From an uncultured Traorella sp. (GTDB lineage: Bacteria > Bacillota_I > Bacilli_A > Erysipelotrichales > Erysipelotrichaceae), in NCBI GenBank assembly GCA_945938205.1, contig CAMEUL010000001.1, forward strand, positions 1-33,820: a DNA stretch of 33,820 nt, written 5' to 3'. The notes under the pieces were generated by a model. That model did not search any database. It saw only the letters and a program-made list of their open reading frames with translations, and was not told the DNA's origin. The first letter of the stretch is position 1. Every line of letters begins with the position of its first letter. Below, piece after piece: positions 18,836 to 28,037 of this stretch. Made by a program: the position numbers and the translations under genes.

Positions 18836-21014
18836 AATGAATCGTTTCAGCATGCCATTGCTCGTCTTTGTGCTAAGCGCAGTTCTCATTTTATCGACGA
18901 CTCTTCCTTTGCGAAATATTCTAGCAGCTGCCAATATTACAGATATCCGGTTTACGACAGCTCTCACGCCTGTCATTGGACTTTTGTTCGGTATTTTTGG
19001 AGCATTGGGATGTGCCACTGGTAATCTGATATCGGATCTAGTTTCCGGTTATGAAACTATGTATATTCTATTCGGCTTTATCCAGCAAATCATTTATGGA
19101 ATGGTTCCTTACTATTTGTGGAGAAAACTGAATACTCAACATGATGGTAATGAATTCCGCTTGGACAGTTTAAACAAAATTCTAAAATTCTGTTTAGTGA
19201 TATTCATCGATGCAGTGCTCATGGTAGTTTCACGAGGATTAATGAATAATGTATTTTCAATAGCGGATTTCTTCTCCATGAACAATCTGTATATTTTCAT
19301 TAACTATTTTGATATAGGATTGCTGTTTGGGTGCCCGGCGATGATTGCCGGAAATCTTCTTCAAAATTATCTGAATCATTTGAAGGATCAAGATGCTTCG
19401 AAAGTAATGACATTCTCACTAAATGAAAGAATGATCATCAATACGATCATCACAGGACTTGGCATCAGTTTCCTGATTGGGCTTGCAGTTTATTTGAGCG
19501 ATAAGATGAGTATTGAAGAATCTATTGTAAGTCTTGGTGGACGTATCTTTCTGTTTGAAACATTTGCTTTAAATTTCTATTTCGCATTGTCCATTGGTTT
19601 TATGTGGTTTACAGAAAAGAAAATATCCAAACCGGTAGAACACTTAGCGGAAATTGCAGGCAATTACTATGAAGAAAATTCAACTGAAACAGGCCGTCAA
19701 CATCTGATCAGTGCCTGTGAAACATATGCCAAGGATACAACGGAAGTTGGCAATCTTGCACGTTCTTATATTTCCATGGTAAAGGATCTAGATTCTTATG
19801 TTGAGAACTTGCAGAAGATCACAGCAGAAAAAGAAAGGATCAATGCTGAACTAACATTAGCCAGCAGCATTCAGGCACATATGTTGCCTTGCATTTTTCC
19901 ACCATTTCCGGATCATGATGAATTTGATATTTATGCTACTATGACTCCTGCCAAAGAAGTGGGCGGAGATTTCTATGATTTCTTTATGGTCGATGATACA
20001 CATCTCGCTGTGGTTATGGCGGATGTTTCAGGCAAAGGAGTTCCGGCTGCTCTGTTTATGGTGATTGCGAAAACACTGATTAAAAATTATGCCCAAATGG
20101 GTTTGCCACCAAGTGAAGTATTCACTACTGTCAATGCTCTTCTATGTGAAGGCAATGATGCCGGATTGTTTGTTACTGCATGGTTAGGCGTTTTAGATCT
20201 TGTCAATGGAAAACTAACCTATGTCAATGCAGGACACAATCCACCGTTACTGATGCATCAGGGCAATTCATTTGAATATCTGAAGTGCCATCCTGGATTT
20301 GTATTAGCAGGATTGGAAACCGTGAAATATCGTCAGAAAGAGATAGAACTGCAGCCAAAAGATCGTCTGTTTCTTTATACGGATGGTATCACAGAAGCAA
20401 CCGACATCAAGAATCAGCTGTATGGTGAAGAAAGACTGCAGTCTTATCTGAATCAGCATCGACAAGATAGTTTGTATGATACCCTTTATGGTTTAGAAGG
20501 TGATATAGATGCTTTTGTGGGTGAAGCAGAACAGTTTGATGATATGACCATGCTCATATTGGAGGTCAAGAAGAGAAAGAGTTCTTTGACTGAAAAGATT
20601 TTTCCTGCAAAAGATGAAGTCTTGCCGGAAGTTTTGAATTTTATAGAAAATGAACTAGAGAAGATTAAATGTTCCAAGAAAACAATCATGGCTATTTCAG
20701 TTGTCATTGAAGAAGTCTTTGTGAACATTGCTCATTATGCCTATAAAGAGGAATCAGGCCATGCGAAAGTTGGATTTGGTTTTGATGAAGCAACCCATAT
20801 GGCAACCTTCAAGATTTCAGATCAGGGCATTCCTTTTGATCCTTTGAAAAAAGAAGATCCGGACATCACTTTGTCAGCGGAAGAAAGAGAAAAGGGAGGC
20901 CTTGGTATCCTTATGATCAAAAAAATGATGGATACCGTTTCCTATTGTTATGAAAACAATGAGAACGTATTGACGATAACAAAAAAGATTGATTCAGAGG
21001 AGGTGATCAAATGA
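18825..21014 (+). CDS. Membrane PP2C (SpoIIE/RsbU) phosphatase with QueT/S-component-like TM domain, HAMP-like linker and C-terminal RsbW-like kinase
   Basis: IRFTTAL..GLLFG..GA.GCA.GNLISD; VGGDFYD, ADVSGKG, NAGH, YTDGITE, DDMT; EEVFVNI..Y, DQGIPFDP, GGLG; RBS AAGGAGG before ATG18825. Confidence 0.88.
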   Translation: MKSKMNRFSMPLLVFVLSAVLILSTTLPLRNILAAANITDIRFTTALTPVIGLLFGIFGALGCATGNLISDLVSGYETMYILFGFIQQIIYGMVPYYLWRKLNTQHDGNEFRLDSLNKILKFCLVIFIDAVLMVVSRGLMNNVFSIADFFSMNNLYIFINYFDIGLLFGCPAMIAGNLLQNYLNHLKDQDASKVMTFSLNERMIINTIITGLGISFLIGLAVYLSDKMSIEESIVSLGGRIFLFETFALNFYFALSIGFMWFTEKKISKPVEHLAEIAGNYYEENSTETGRQHLISACETYAKDTTEVGNLARSYISMVKDLDSYVENLQKITAEKERINAELTLASSIQAHMLPCIFPPFPDHDEFDIYATMTPAKEVGGDFYDFFMVDDTHLAVVMADVSGKGVPAALFMVIAKTLIKNYAQMGLPPSEVFTTVNALLCEGNDAGLFVTAWLGVLDLVNGKLTYVNAGHNPPLLMHQGNSFEYLKCHPGFVLAGLETVKYRQKEIELQPKDRLFLYTDGITEATDIKNQLYGEERLQSYLNQHRQDSLYDTLYGLEGDIDAFVGEAEQFDDMTMLILEVKKRKSSLTEKIFPAKDEVLPEVLNFIENELEKIKCSKKTIMAISVVIEEVFVNIAHYAYKEESGHAKVGFGFDEATHMATFKISDQGIPFDPLKKEDPDITLSAEEREKGGLGILMIKKMMDTVSYCYENNENVLTITKKIDSEEVIK

Positions 21015-21598
21015 AATCAAACGTATGCGAACTGAAAAAAGATGGAAAAGGTATGACAAACATTTTAGATGAAGTGGAAAAAACAGCAGTTTACAATGGA
21101 TTGTCACATCAAGAAAGTCTACGCCTTCGCCTTTTGGCAGAGGAACTGACGGGTATGCTACCATCACTTATTGAACGTTATGATGGAAAACTCTGGATCG
21201 TGGCAGAGAACTTGAAGTTTGAATTGCACGTGGAATTGATTTCGGATGAAATGGATTCTGAAACCAGAGCGAAATTGATATCCGTATCAAAAGAGAAAAG
21301 AAATGCCAAAGCCAATGGTATCCTTGGGCAGCTGATCGATATTGTGGATGAAATGTTTATGAATACCAGTACTATTCCAATGGCACCTACTGAGTATTAT
21401 GCCAATACTCAGTCACCGCTGAATTATTCCTTCACTTGGTCATTGGAACAATATCGTGAATCAGTTAAAAACAAAAAAGAAGATTGGGATGAATTGGAAA
21501 AATCAATCATTGGAAGCTTAAGTGATGATGTGCTGGTTGGAATTCGAGGGAGAAAGATCGATATGATCATCACCAAGAATTTTGAAAAAAGATCGTAA
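21011..21598 (+). CDS. Hypothetical protein, possibly degenerate anti-sigma-kinase-like fold
   Basis: Coupled to upstream gene, RBS GAGGTG; RLRLLAEEL resembles RsbW helix but lacks N-box Asn and DxG/GxG boxes. Confidence 0.55.
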   Translation: MKSNVCELKKDGKGMTNILDEVEKTAVYNGLSHQESLRLRLLAEELTGMLPSLIERYDGKLWIVAENLKFELHVELISDEMDSETRAKLISVSKEKRNAKANGILGQLIDIVDEMFMNTSTIPMAPTEYYANTQSPLNYSFTWSLEQYRESVKNKKEDWDELEKSIIGSLSDDVLVGIRGRKIDMIITKNFEKRS

Positions 21599-21643
21599 AA
21601 AGGCGAAAACCTTTCAAAAAACTAGAATATGAGGTGAAATAAT

Positions 21644-21943
21644 ATGACAATTAATCTTGAAAAGAAAAATAATGAATTATGGATCGAAGTTGAAGGCAGA
21701 TTGGATACCAATACAGCGCCAGCTTTGGAAAAAGTATTTACAGATCTGGATGTTGAAATGAAAGATGTCGTTTTGGACATGAATCAGCTGGAATACATTT
21801 CTTCTGCCGGATTGCGTGTTTTACTGGCTGCTCAGAAAAAAATGAGCAAAATCGGATCACTGAAACTTGTGGGTGTTTGTGATTCTGTCATGGAGATTTT
21901 CGAAATGACTGGATTTGATGATATTTTAACAATTGAAGAATAA
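21644..21943 (+). CDS. STAS-domain anti-sigma factor antagonist (RsbV/SpoIIAA-like)
   Basis: GRLDT..A, LDMNQLEYISSAGLRVLL (phosphorylatable Ser), EIFEMTGF. Confidence 0.95.
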   Translation: MTINLEKKNNELWIEVEGRLDTNTAPALEKVFTDLDVEMKDVVLDMNQLEYISSAGLRVLLAAQKKMSKIGSLKLVGVCDSVMEIFEMTGFDDILTIEE

Positions 21944-21967
21944 AAATAACGGAGGAAAAAGAATAGG

Positions 21968-22450
21968 ATGAGAATGATTAATCAGTTATTTCCTGCATTA
22001 GCAGAGAATCAGGCGCTGGCCTTTGTTGTGGCTTTAGGATTGTTGGTAGCCTATTGGGCACTTTATGCAATCGCAGGATATAGAGTATTTAAGAAAATGG
22101 GAGAAAAAGGATGGGTTGCTTTTGTACCATTCTATAATACGTATGTATTGTATAAGAAAGTTTGGGATATAAAGTTATTCTGGCCATATATTTTGTTAGT
22201 AGCATTGGTAGTAGCCGATAACATGGGACTCTATAAGTTGGCTGGTGAAAACCCTACTCTCATTATGAACTTAAGTTCATTAGGTATTTCGTTAGCAGTC
22301 ATTTATTTTGGAATTCGTCTGAATGTTCGTCTTTCAAAATCATTTGGACATGGATCACTCTTTGGATTAGGTATTTATTTCTTCCAGTTCTTTTTCTTCT
22401 TGATCTTAGGACTTGGAAAATCAGAATTTCATTCAGTGAATGAACAGTAA
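21968..22450 (+). CDS. DUF5684-like membrane protein, copy 1
   Basis: VFKKMGEKGW..FVPFYN.Y...LSKSFGHG..FGLG...LGLGKSE. Confidence 0.75.
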   Translation: MRMINQLFPALAENQALAFVVALGLLVAYWALYAIAGYRVFKKMGEKGWVAFVPFYNTYVLYKKVWDIKLFWPYILLVALVVADNMGLYKLAGENPTLIMNLSSLGISLAVIYFGIRLNVRLSKSFGHGSLFGLGIYFFQFFFFLILGLGKSEFHSVNEQ

Positions 22451-22454
22451 AACA

Positions 22455-22633
22455 ATGATGAAGAATAAAAAGTAGGGATTGTTTTCATTGTTCTTGGAAT
22501 CATGAATGTCGCCATAATTGCAGGATTATTTAATGTTGAAGATAGACAAAATACGACCGATTGGTTAGTATTGTTTATTTCTTGTTTCATGCTAGTGGAA
22601 GGCATCATGATGGTGAAACAAAAAAGTGAATAG
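22455..22633 (+). pseudogene. Small two-TM membrane protein (~59 aa) interrupted by a frameshift in an A-run
   Basis: ATG ATG AAG AAT AAA AAG TAG; adding one A gives MMKNKKVGIVFIVLGIMNVAIIAGLFNVEDRQNTTDWLVLFISCFMLVEGIMMVKQKSE*, filling the intergenic gap. Confidence 0.6.
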
Positions 22634-22644
22634 AGGAAAAGTAT

Positions 22645-23157
22645 ATGACGGATTTAATTGTGAAAGTATTTCCTGAATTAGCAGGACAGCCTTTCCATAT
22701 CGTTTTGATTTCCTTAGCGTTGCTTTGTGGATATCAACTGCTGTATGCAGTCGCAAGTTGGAGAGTTTATGAAAAGATGGGGGAAAAAGGCTGGTATTCG
22801 CTGATTCCTTTGTTTAATTATTATATTTTATTTAAAAGATGCTATAGTGTTAAGGCTTTTTGGAAATTCGTGGTCATTTCTCTGATCGCACTTATATGTG
22901 ATTATGGATCCATGCGTTTTTCTCTTCAGGAAAACATTGAATTATTAGTAAATATTATTTATATTATTTGTTCAATTTGGTTGCTTTATGAACAGATCAT
23001 AATGCTGATCAGACTTTCAAAAGCATTTGATCATGGTGTTTTGTTTGGATGGGGACTTTATCTTTTTCAAATTGTATTTATGCTGATCTTAGCATTTGGT
23101 AAATCAGAATATCTTGAAAACCCTGAAGAATCAAAAAAATGGACGGTTAAATTATAA
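22645..23157 (+). CDS. DUF5684-like membrane protein, copy 2
   Basis: VYEKMGEKGW..LIPLFNYY...LSKAFDHG..FGWG...LAFGKSE; paralog of 21968-22450. Confidence 0.75.
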   Translation: MTDLIVKVFPELAGQPFHIVLISLALLCGYQLLYAVASWRVYEKMGEKGWYSLIPLFNYYILFKRCYSVKAFWKFVVISLIALICDYGSMRFSLQENIELLVNIIYIICSIWLLYEQIIMLIRLSKAFDHGVLFGWGLYLFQIVFMLILAFGKSEYLENPEESKKWTVKL

Positions 23158-23237
23158 GAAGATATATAGATGATGAAAAAGAGTATTTATCAGATGTTTG
23201 ACTGATGAATGCAGAGATTTGAGGACAGAAGGAATGA

Positions 23238-24044
23238 ATGGGTGATAATAGTATGCAGGATCTGCTTTTCTACATTACAAGAAAAGAAACATTATATTCT
23301 ATAGGAATTGTTCTTATTGGCGGCATTGTTTATTTGTGCTGCCGGAAACTGATACGCAGGATCATTATGAAGGATGAAGATAAACATCGTCTTTCAAGAA
23401 AAAACAAAACCTATCTGAAACTGTTTAATAATGTTTTGAAATATATGCTTTTCCTGATTGTGCTGATACTCGTGCTTCAGATCAATGGCGTCAATGTTAC
23501 CTCGATTGTGACAAGCCTTGGGCTGTTATCGGTGGCGTTTGGTTTTGCACTTCAGGATGCATTAAAGGATATCATTATGGGTATCAATATCATTTTAGAT
23601 GATTATTTTTCAGTCGGAGATGTGATAAAGATTGGAGATGTTGAGGGGAAAGTCACTGAAATAGGATTAAAAACAACTCATATGAAAGATGTGAATACAA
23701 ATAATATCTTTGTCATATCCAATCGTAACATTACCGAAGCATTGAAATTGTCCTATTTCCTGGATATTGATCTTCCGCTTCCTTATGAAGAAGATATCAA
23801 TGATATGGAAAAACTGATTGAAAAAATGATCAAAAAGATTGAAAAATTAGATCATGTCATCAGTGTGGAATATAAAGGTATCCAGAAATTTGGATCTTCT
23901 GCAATTTACTATAAAATCCGTATCCTGTCTAAAAATGAATTTAAAAAACAAATCATGCGTGATGCTCATTGCATCATAAAACGTATTTTAGATGAGAATC
24001 AAATTCGAATTCCTTATCAGCAAATTGATATTCATTCAAAGTAA
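23238..24044 (+). CDS. Small-conductance mechanosensitive channel family protein
   Basis: Three TMs, GFALQDALKDII.G, FSVGD.IKIG..EGKV.EIGLKTT, IPYQQ. Confidence 0.92.
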   Translation: MGDNSMQDLLFYITRKETLYSIGIVLIGGIVYLCCRKLIRRIIMKDEDKHRLSRKNKTYLKLFNNVLKYMLFLIVLILVLQINGVNVTSIVTSLGLLSVAFGFALQDALKDIIMGINIILDDYFSVGDVIKIGDVEGKVTEIGLKTTHMKDVNTNNIFVISNRNITEALKLSYFLDIDLPLPYEEDINDMEKLIEKMIKKIEKLDHVISVEYKGIQKFGSSAIYYKIRILSKNEFKKQIMRDAHCIIKRILDENQIRIPYQQIDIHSK

Positions 24045-24059
24045 AAGGAGTATTGGTTT

Positions 24060-24869
24060 ATGAAAATTCTAGTAGCAGATGATGAGAAAATCGCTCTGAA
24101 TGGTTTGGTCAATGAAATCAAAAAAGTTCTTCCGAATGCTGAAATATACAAATTTCATGGAGGAAAAGAAGTCCTGAATTCATGTCTGGACCAAACGTAT
24201 GATATTGCTTTTCTGGATATTGAAATGAGAGATGTGAATGGAATCGAACTTGCGAAAGAATTGAAAGCTATTCATCCCAAAATCAACATCATCTTTACAA
24301 CGGGATACAGTGAATATGCTCAGACAGCTTTTTCAATCCACGCCAGTGGATACGTAATTAAGCCGGTTACTGCCGACAAAATTGCAAAAGAAATCGAGAA
24401 TCTACGTTATTCTATTGTTACTGAGGACGAAGAAACACTTCATATTTAAACTTTTGGAAATTTTGAATGCTTTGTCAATCAGATTCCTGTGAAGTTCAAA
24501 TATACGAAAACCAAAGAACTTCTTGCATATCTGGTTGATCGTGGCGGTGCTCTTTGCAGCAATGGTGAATTGATATCAATTTTATGGGAAGATTGCGCTA
24601 CTTCTAAAAGTCAGTCTTCATATTTAAGAAATCTTTATGCGGATCTGATTCAGTCCTTGAAACAGGTACATTGTGAGAATGTCATCATTCGTCAGAGAGG
24701 AAAAATTGCCATTTGTCCGGATAAGGTAATCTGTGATTATTATGATTGGCTAAAGGGTTATCCCTATGCCATCAATGCATATCGTGGTGAATATATGAGT
24801 CAGTACAGCTGGAGCGTGTTTTCTTTAGGTGTGTTTGATAAAGAAGAAGATGAAATCAACCAAAAATGA
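24060..24869 (+). pseudogene. Response regulator 2 (REC + SARP-like wHTH) split by in-frame TAA at 24447-24449
   Basis: Reads ..LHI*TFGNFECFVNQIPVKFKYTKTKELLAYL.. in one frame, aligning with IRVQTFGHFEVFVDG of regulator 1. Confidence 0.9.
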
Positions 24870-24898
24870 TTCCATCTTTTCTTTTAACAGGAGGGTTT

Positions 24899-26656
24899 AT
24901 GAAAGGACAGAAACTCATTCAGTATCTCTATATAGGACTTGTCATATTGGTCTTGGGATTTTTTGGCTATGTTTTTATGAATGAAAATAGTATCAAAATT
25001 TCTACAAGACAGAATCAGGATTATTTCAAAGTAGAAAATGTCCAGGAAAGAATCATTCAAGATGATATGGCTCCTATAGGTATAAAAAAAGAATACACAT
25101 GGAATCTTCAGAAAGGATCTTCTGAAGGTGAGTGTTTGGGTTTTTATGTGGTGCACCAGTATGTGGATGTGTATATTGAAAATGAACGGGTATATCATTT
25201 AGGATCAAAGGATGATTCACTTGGAAAAACGGTTGGAAGTGACTGGGTATTTGTTCCTTTGAACGAAATGGATCAAGGAAAAAGAATTCGAGTCGTGATA
25301 ACACCTGTTTATAAGAGCGTAGAAAACAGAGAGGTTTCATTTCTGATTGGAGCACAAATGGAAATTTATTCGGATCAGTTAAACAAGGATTTTCCTGAGC
25401 TTTTACTTAGCATGGTGCTCATTCAGTTAGGTATTTTGCTTCTCTTCATTTCTCTGTATCAGATGTTCCGGAAAAAATCAGTGAATGATTTTTTGTATCT
25501 TTCTTGTTTCTCATTGACACTGGGTGTATGGAAACTGTCGGATACAAGGTTTTCACCTCTTTTGTTCCCTCAGCATACCTATCTGCTTTCTTGTTTATCT
25601 TTGGTTACATTGATGATATCAGCGATTCCTTTAATGATGATCATAAAAAACCAGACAAATAAAAAACAAAGTTTTCTTCTAAGTGGACTGACTTTATTGA
25701 TGATTTTAGCCTCTTTTGTTATGATCCTGCTTCAGTTGTTTCATATTCAGGATTTTAGAGAAACTCTGTTTATTACACATATATTGCTGATAATGTCGAT
25801 TTTGTTCATTACAGGTATTCTAATGCAGTTATGGTTTCAAAAGTCTTATACGCATAAAGAAAAAGTAAAAAAAGGATTGTTTCTGTTTTGCATCGTAGGT
25901 GGCATGCTTGATATCATCCATTTCTATGTTCAAGGAAACTCCGTGGGAATTTTCTATACATTAGTTGGATTTGTTTTGTATATTATTATGACCGGTGGAA
26001 TTAAAGTCATAGAAATCAGCGAGCAAGAAAAACGGCTGAAAGAACAGGAAGCAGAATTAGCAAGAAGCAGAGTATCCATCATGCTGAGCCAGATTCAGCC
26101 ACACTTTCTTTATAATGCATTGAATTCCATTTATCATCTTTGTGAAATGGATCCAATGACTGCCAAAAAAGCAATCATTGATTTTTCAGATTATCTCAGA
26201 GTGAATCTGGATTCGCTCAACAGAACTACACTGGTACCTTTTTCGATGGAATTGAAACATATTAAAACATATCTGAATCTAGAAAAAATGCGTTTCGAGG
26301 AAGATCTGCAAGTTGTCTATGATATTCAGACCGTTCAGTTTTCACTTCCATCCTTAACGATTCAGCCTCTTGTGGAAAATGCCATCAAACATGGAATGAA
26401 GGGAATATCATCAGCCCTTACATTAACGATTCAAACCATTGAAAAAGAAGAAACTTATGAAATTCATGTAATAGATGATGGAAAGGGATTTGATATCAGT
26501 CAGAAAAATACGGATACCACAAAAACACATGTTGGAATAGAAAATGTCAGAAACCGTTTGAGTGAAATGTGTCATGGCTCTTTGCAGATCCAAAGTGAAA
26601 TTGGAAAAGGCACTCATGCTATTGTTGTAATACCAAAAAGCAAGAATATGTCATAG
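24899..26656 (+). CDS. LytS/YehU-type membrane sensor kinase 2
   Basis: SQIQPHFLYN, EKMRF, QPLVENAIKHG, DDGKGF; RBS AGGAGG favours ATG24899 (ATG24866 is the alternative). Confidence 0.92.
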   Translation: MKGQKLIQYLYIGLVILVLGFFGYVFMNENSIKISTRQNQDYFKVENVQERIIQDDMAPIGIKKEYTWNLQKGSSEGECLGFYVVHQYVDVYIENERVYHLGSKDDSLGKTVGSDWVFVPLNEMDQGKRIRVVITPVYKSVENREVSFLIGAQMEIYSDQLNKDFPELLLSMVLIQLGILLLFISLYQMFRKKSVNDFLYLSCFSLTLGVWKLSDTRFSPLLFPQHTYLLSCLSLVTLMISAIPLMMIIKNQTNKKQSFLLSGLTLLMILASFVMILLQLFHIQDFRETLFITHILLIMSILFITGILMQLWFQKSYTHKEKVKKGLFLFCIVGGMLDIIHFYVQGNSVGIFYTLVGFVLYIIMTGGIKVIEISEQEKRLKEQEAELARSRVSIMLSQIQPHFLYNALNSIYHLCEMDPMTAKKAIIDFSDYLRVNLDSLNRTTLVPFSMELKHIKTYLNLEKMRFEEDLQVVYDIQTVQFSLPSLTIQPLVENAIKHGMKGISSALTLTIQTIEKEETYEIHVIDDGKGFDISQKNTDTTKTHVGIENVRNRLSEMCHGSLQIQSEIGKGTHAIVVIPKSKNMS

Positions 26657-26662
26657 GCTTTA

Positions 26663-26694
26663 TTGCAGTTATATTGTACTAAGTATACTAAAAT
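26663..26694 (+). promoter_or_regulatory. Tandem-heptamer promoter, type B (upstream of CPBP gene)
   Basis: TTGCAGT-tata-TTGTACT-N8-TAAAAT; TATTGCA(g/c)TTATATTG(t/c)A shared with 10522-10539. Confidence 0.65.
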
Positions 26695-26714
26695 GTAAGC
26701 ATTGAGGAAAAGCT

Positions 26715-27983
26715 ATGAAAAATAGAAATCATTTATTATTAGATAATCCCATACTTAGTTCATTTTTGATGCCAGTTCTTTTTATGGTAATGCTTAACTT
26801 GATGTCTACTTTCACAGCTCTTTTATTTGAGAATGCATTTGGGAAAACAAGCTTGCTTTATATGATCAATGATGATATCGCTTGTTTTTGTGTTTCCATG
26901 CTGTTTATCATTTTTATGAATCAGTTTTTTAAGAAGAACTGTCATTTTGGCATCACCAGTGGAAATTTTAAAAAAGGAATGTTGCTTTCATTGCCCGGTC
27001 TTATTATAGTATTTTGGAATCTTCTGCAGATAATAGTCAATCATCTTCCTCTTGTGAGTGGTACCAATGCTGTCATTGCAGCAATAATTGCAGGAATTGG
27101 TCCAGGTGTTGCAGAAGAAATTATGAGTCGAGGATTTGTCATCTCGAATCTGATGCGTTTATGGAAAGATAAGGACAAGAAATATTTGTATATCCTGTTT
27201 ATTTCCGGTTTCTCATTTGGTTTGTTGCATGCAGTGAACTATTTTGCGACATACGATCTATTGGGAACATTTGTTCAAGTGATTTATGCGAGTGCCATCG
27301 GTATTTTCTATGCAGCAGTTTATTTGCGTTCCAGAAACTTGTGGGGCGTGATGATCGTACATTCTTTAACGGACATCGTTGCAATGATGATTGTTTATGA
27401 AATGGGAAATACGACGATATTGGATGTTATTTTTGCTTTGGTCCTTTCCATTATAATGATTGGCATAGCATTATTGATCATTCGCCCAGGAACTTATCAG
27501 GAAATGGATGAAATCTGGGAAGATAACTGGGAATTAAGTACCGGGATCACAAAAAGACCATTATGGAAAACTATCCGCATTTTTCTATTTGTCCTTTTTA
27601 TTCTTTTTGCTTCTTCTGTTGGGGTGGTGTTGTATAAGTCATACATGGGTTATCAGACAGGAGCTCCTCAAATCACAGATGTTGAATGTGAAATAAATCC
27701 GGAAAAGACACAAATCAAGATCCAGATGCCTAAAGAAATGGGATCAATGATTACTCTTAATAATTCAGATCCAGAAGTGCTGATACAGACAATGGTAACG
27801 GTAGAAGAAAAGAAGACCAGTTATACATTTAAAGTTGGCAATGTTCAAGAAGAAAAAAAGGTTACTTTAAATTTTAAGTCAGTAATCTTAGACAACCAAA
27901 ATGAATTAACCATGGGTACTTATACGATCGTAATATCCATTGATAAAAACGGAAAGATTACAGATTACCATGATGTAAATTAG
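26715..27983 (+). CDS. CPBP (CAAX protease/Abi) family intramembrane protease with extra C-terminal soluble domain
   Basis: EEIMSRG, FGLLH, HSLTD motifs; additional TM then ~110 aa beta-rich domain. Confidence 0.85.
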   Translation: MKNRNHLLLDNPILSSFLMPVLFMVMLNLMSTFTALLFENAFGKTSLLYMINDDIACFCVSMLFIIFMNQFFKKNCHFGITSGNFKKGMLLSLPGLIIVFWNLLQIIVNHLPLVSGTNAVIAAIIAGIGPGVAEEIMSRGFVISNLMRLWKDKDKKYLYILFISGFSFGLLHAVNYFATYDLLGTFVQVIYASAIGIFYAAVYLRSRNLWGVMIVHSLTDIVAMMIVYEMGNTTILDVIFALVLSIIMIGIALLIIRPGTYQEMDEIWEDNWELSTGITKRPLWKTIRIFLFVLFILFASSVGVVLYKSYMGYQTGAPQITDVECEINPEKTQIKIQMPKEMGSMITLNNSDPEVLIQTMVTVEEKKTSYTFKVGNVQEEKKVTLNFKSVILDNQNELTMGTYTIVISIDKNGKITDYHDVN

Positions 27984-27986
27984 TGT

Positions 27987-28028
27987 AATAAAAAATCGTT
28001 ATTTAAACAAAAAAACGATTTTTTTATT
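27987..28028 (+). terminator. Terminator after CPBP gene
   Basis: AAAAAATCGTT...AACGATTTTTT inverted repeat. Confidence 0.65.
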
Positions 28029-28037
28029 TTGAATACG

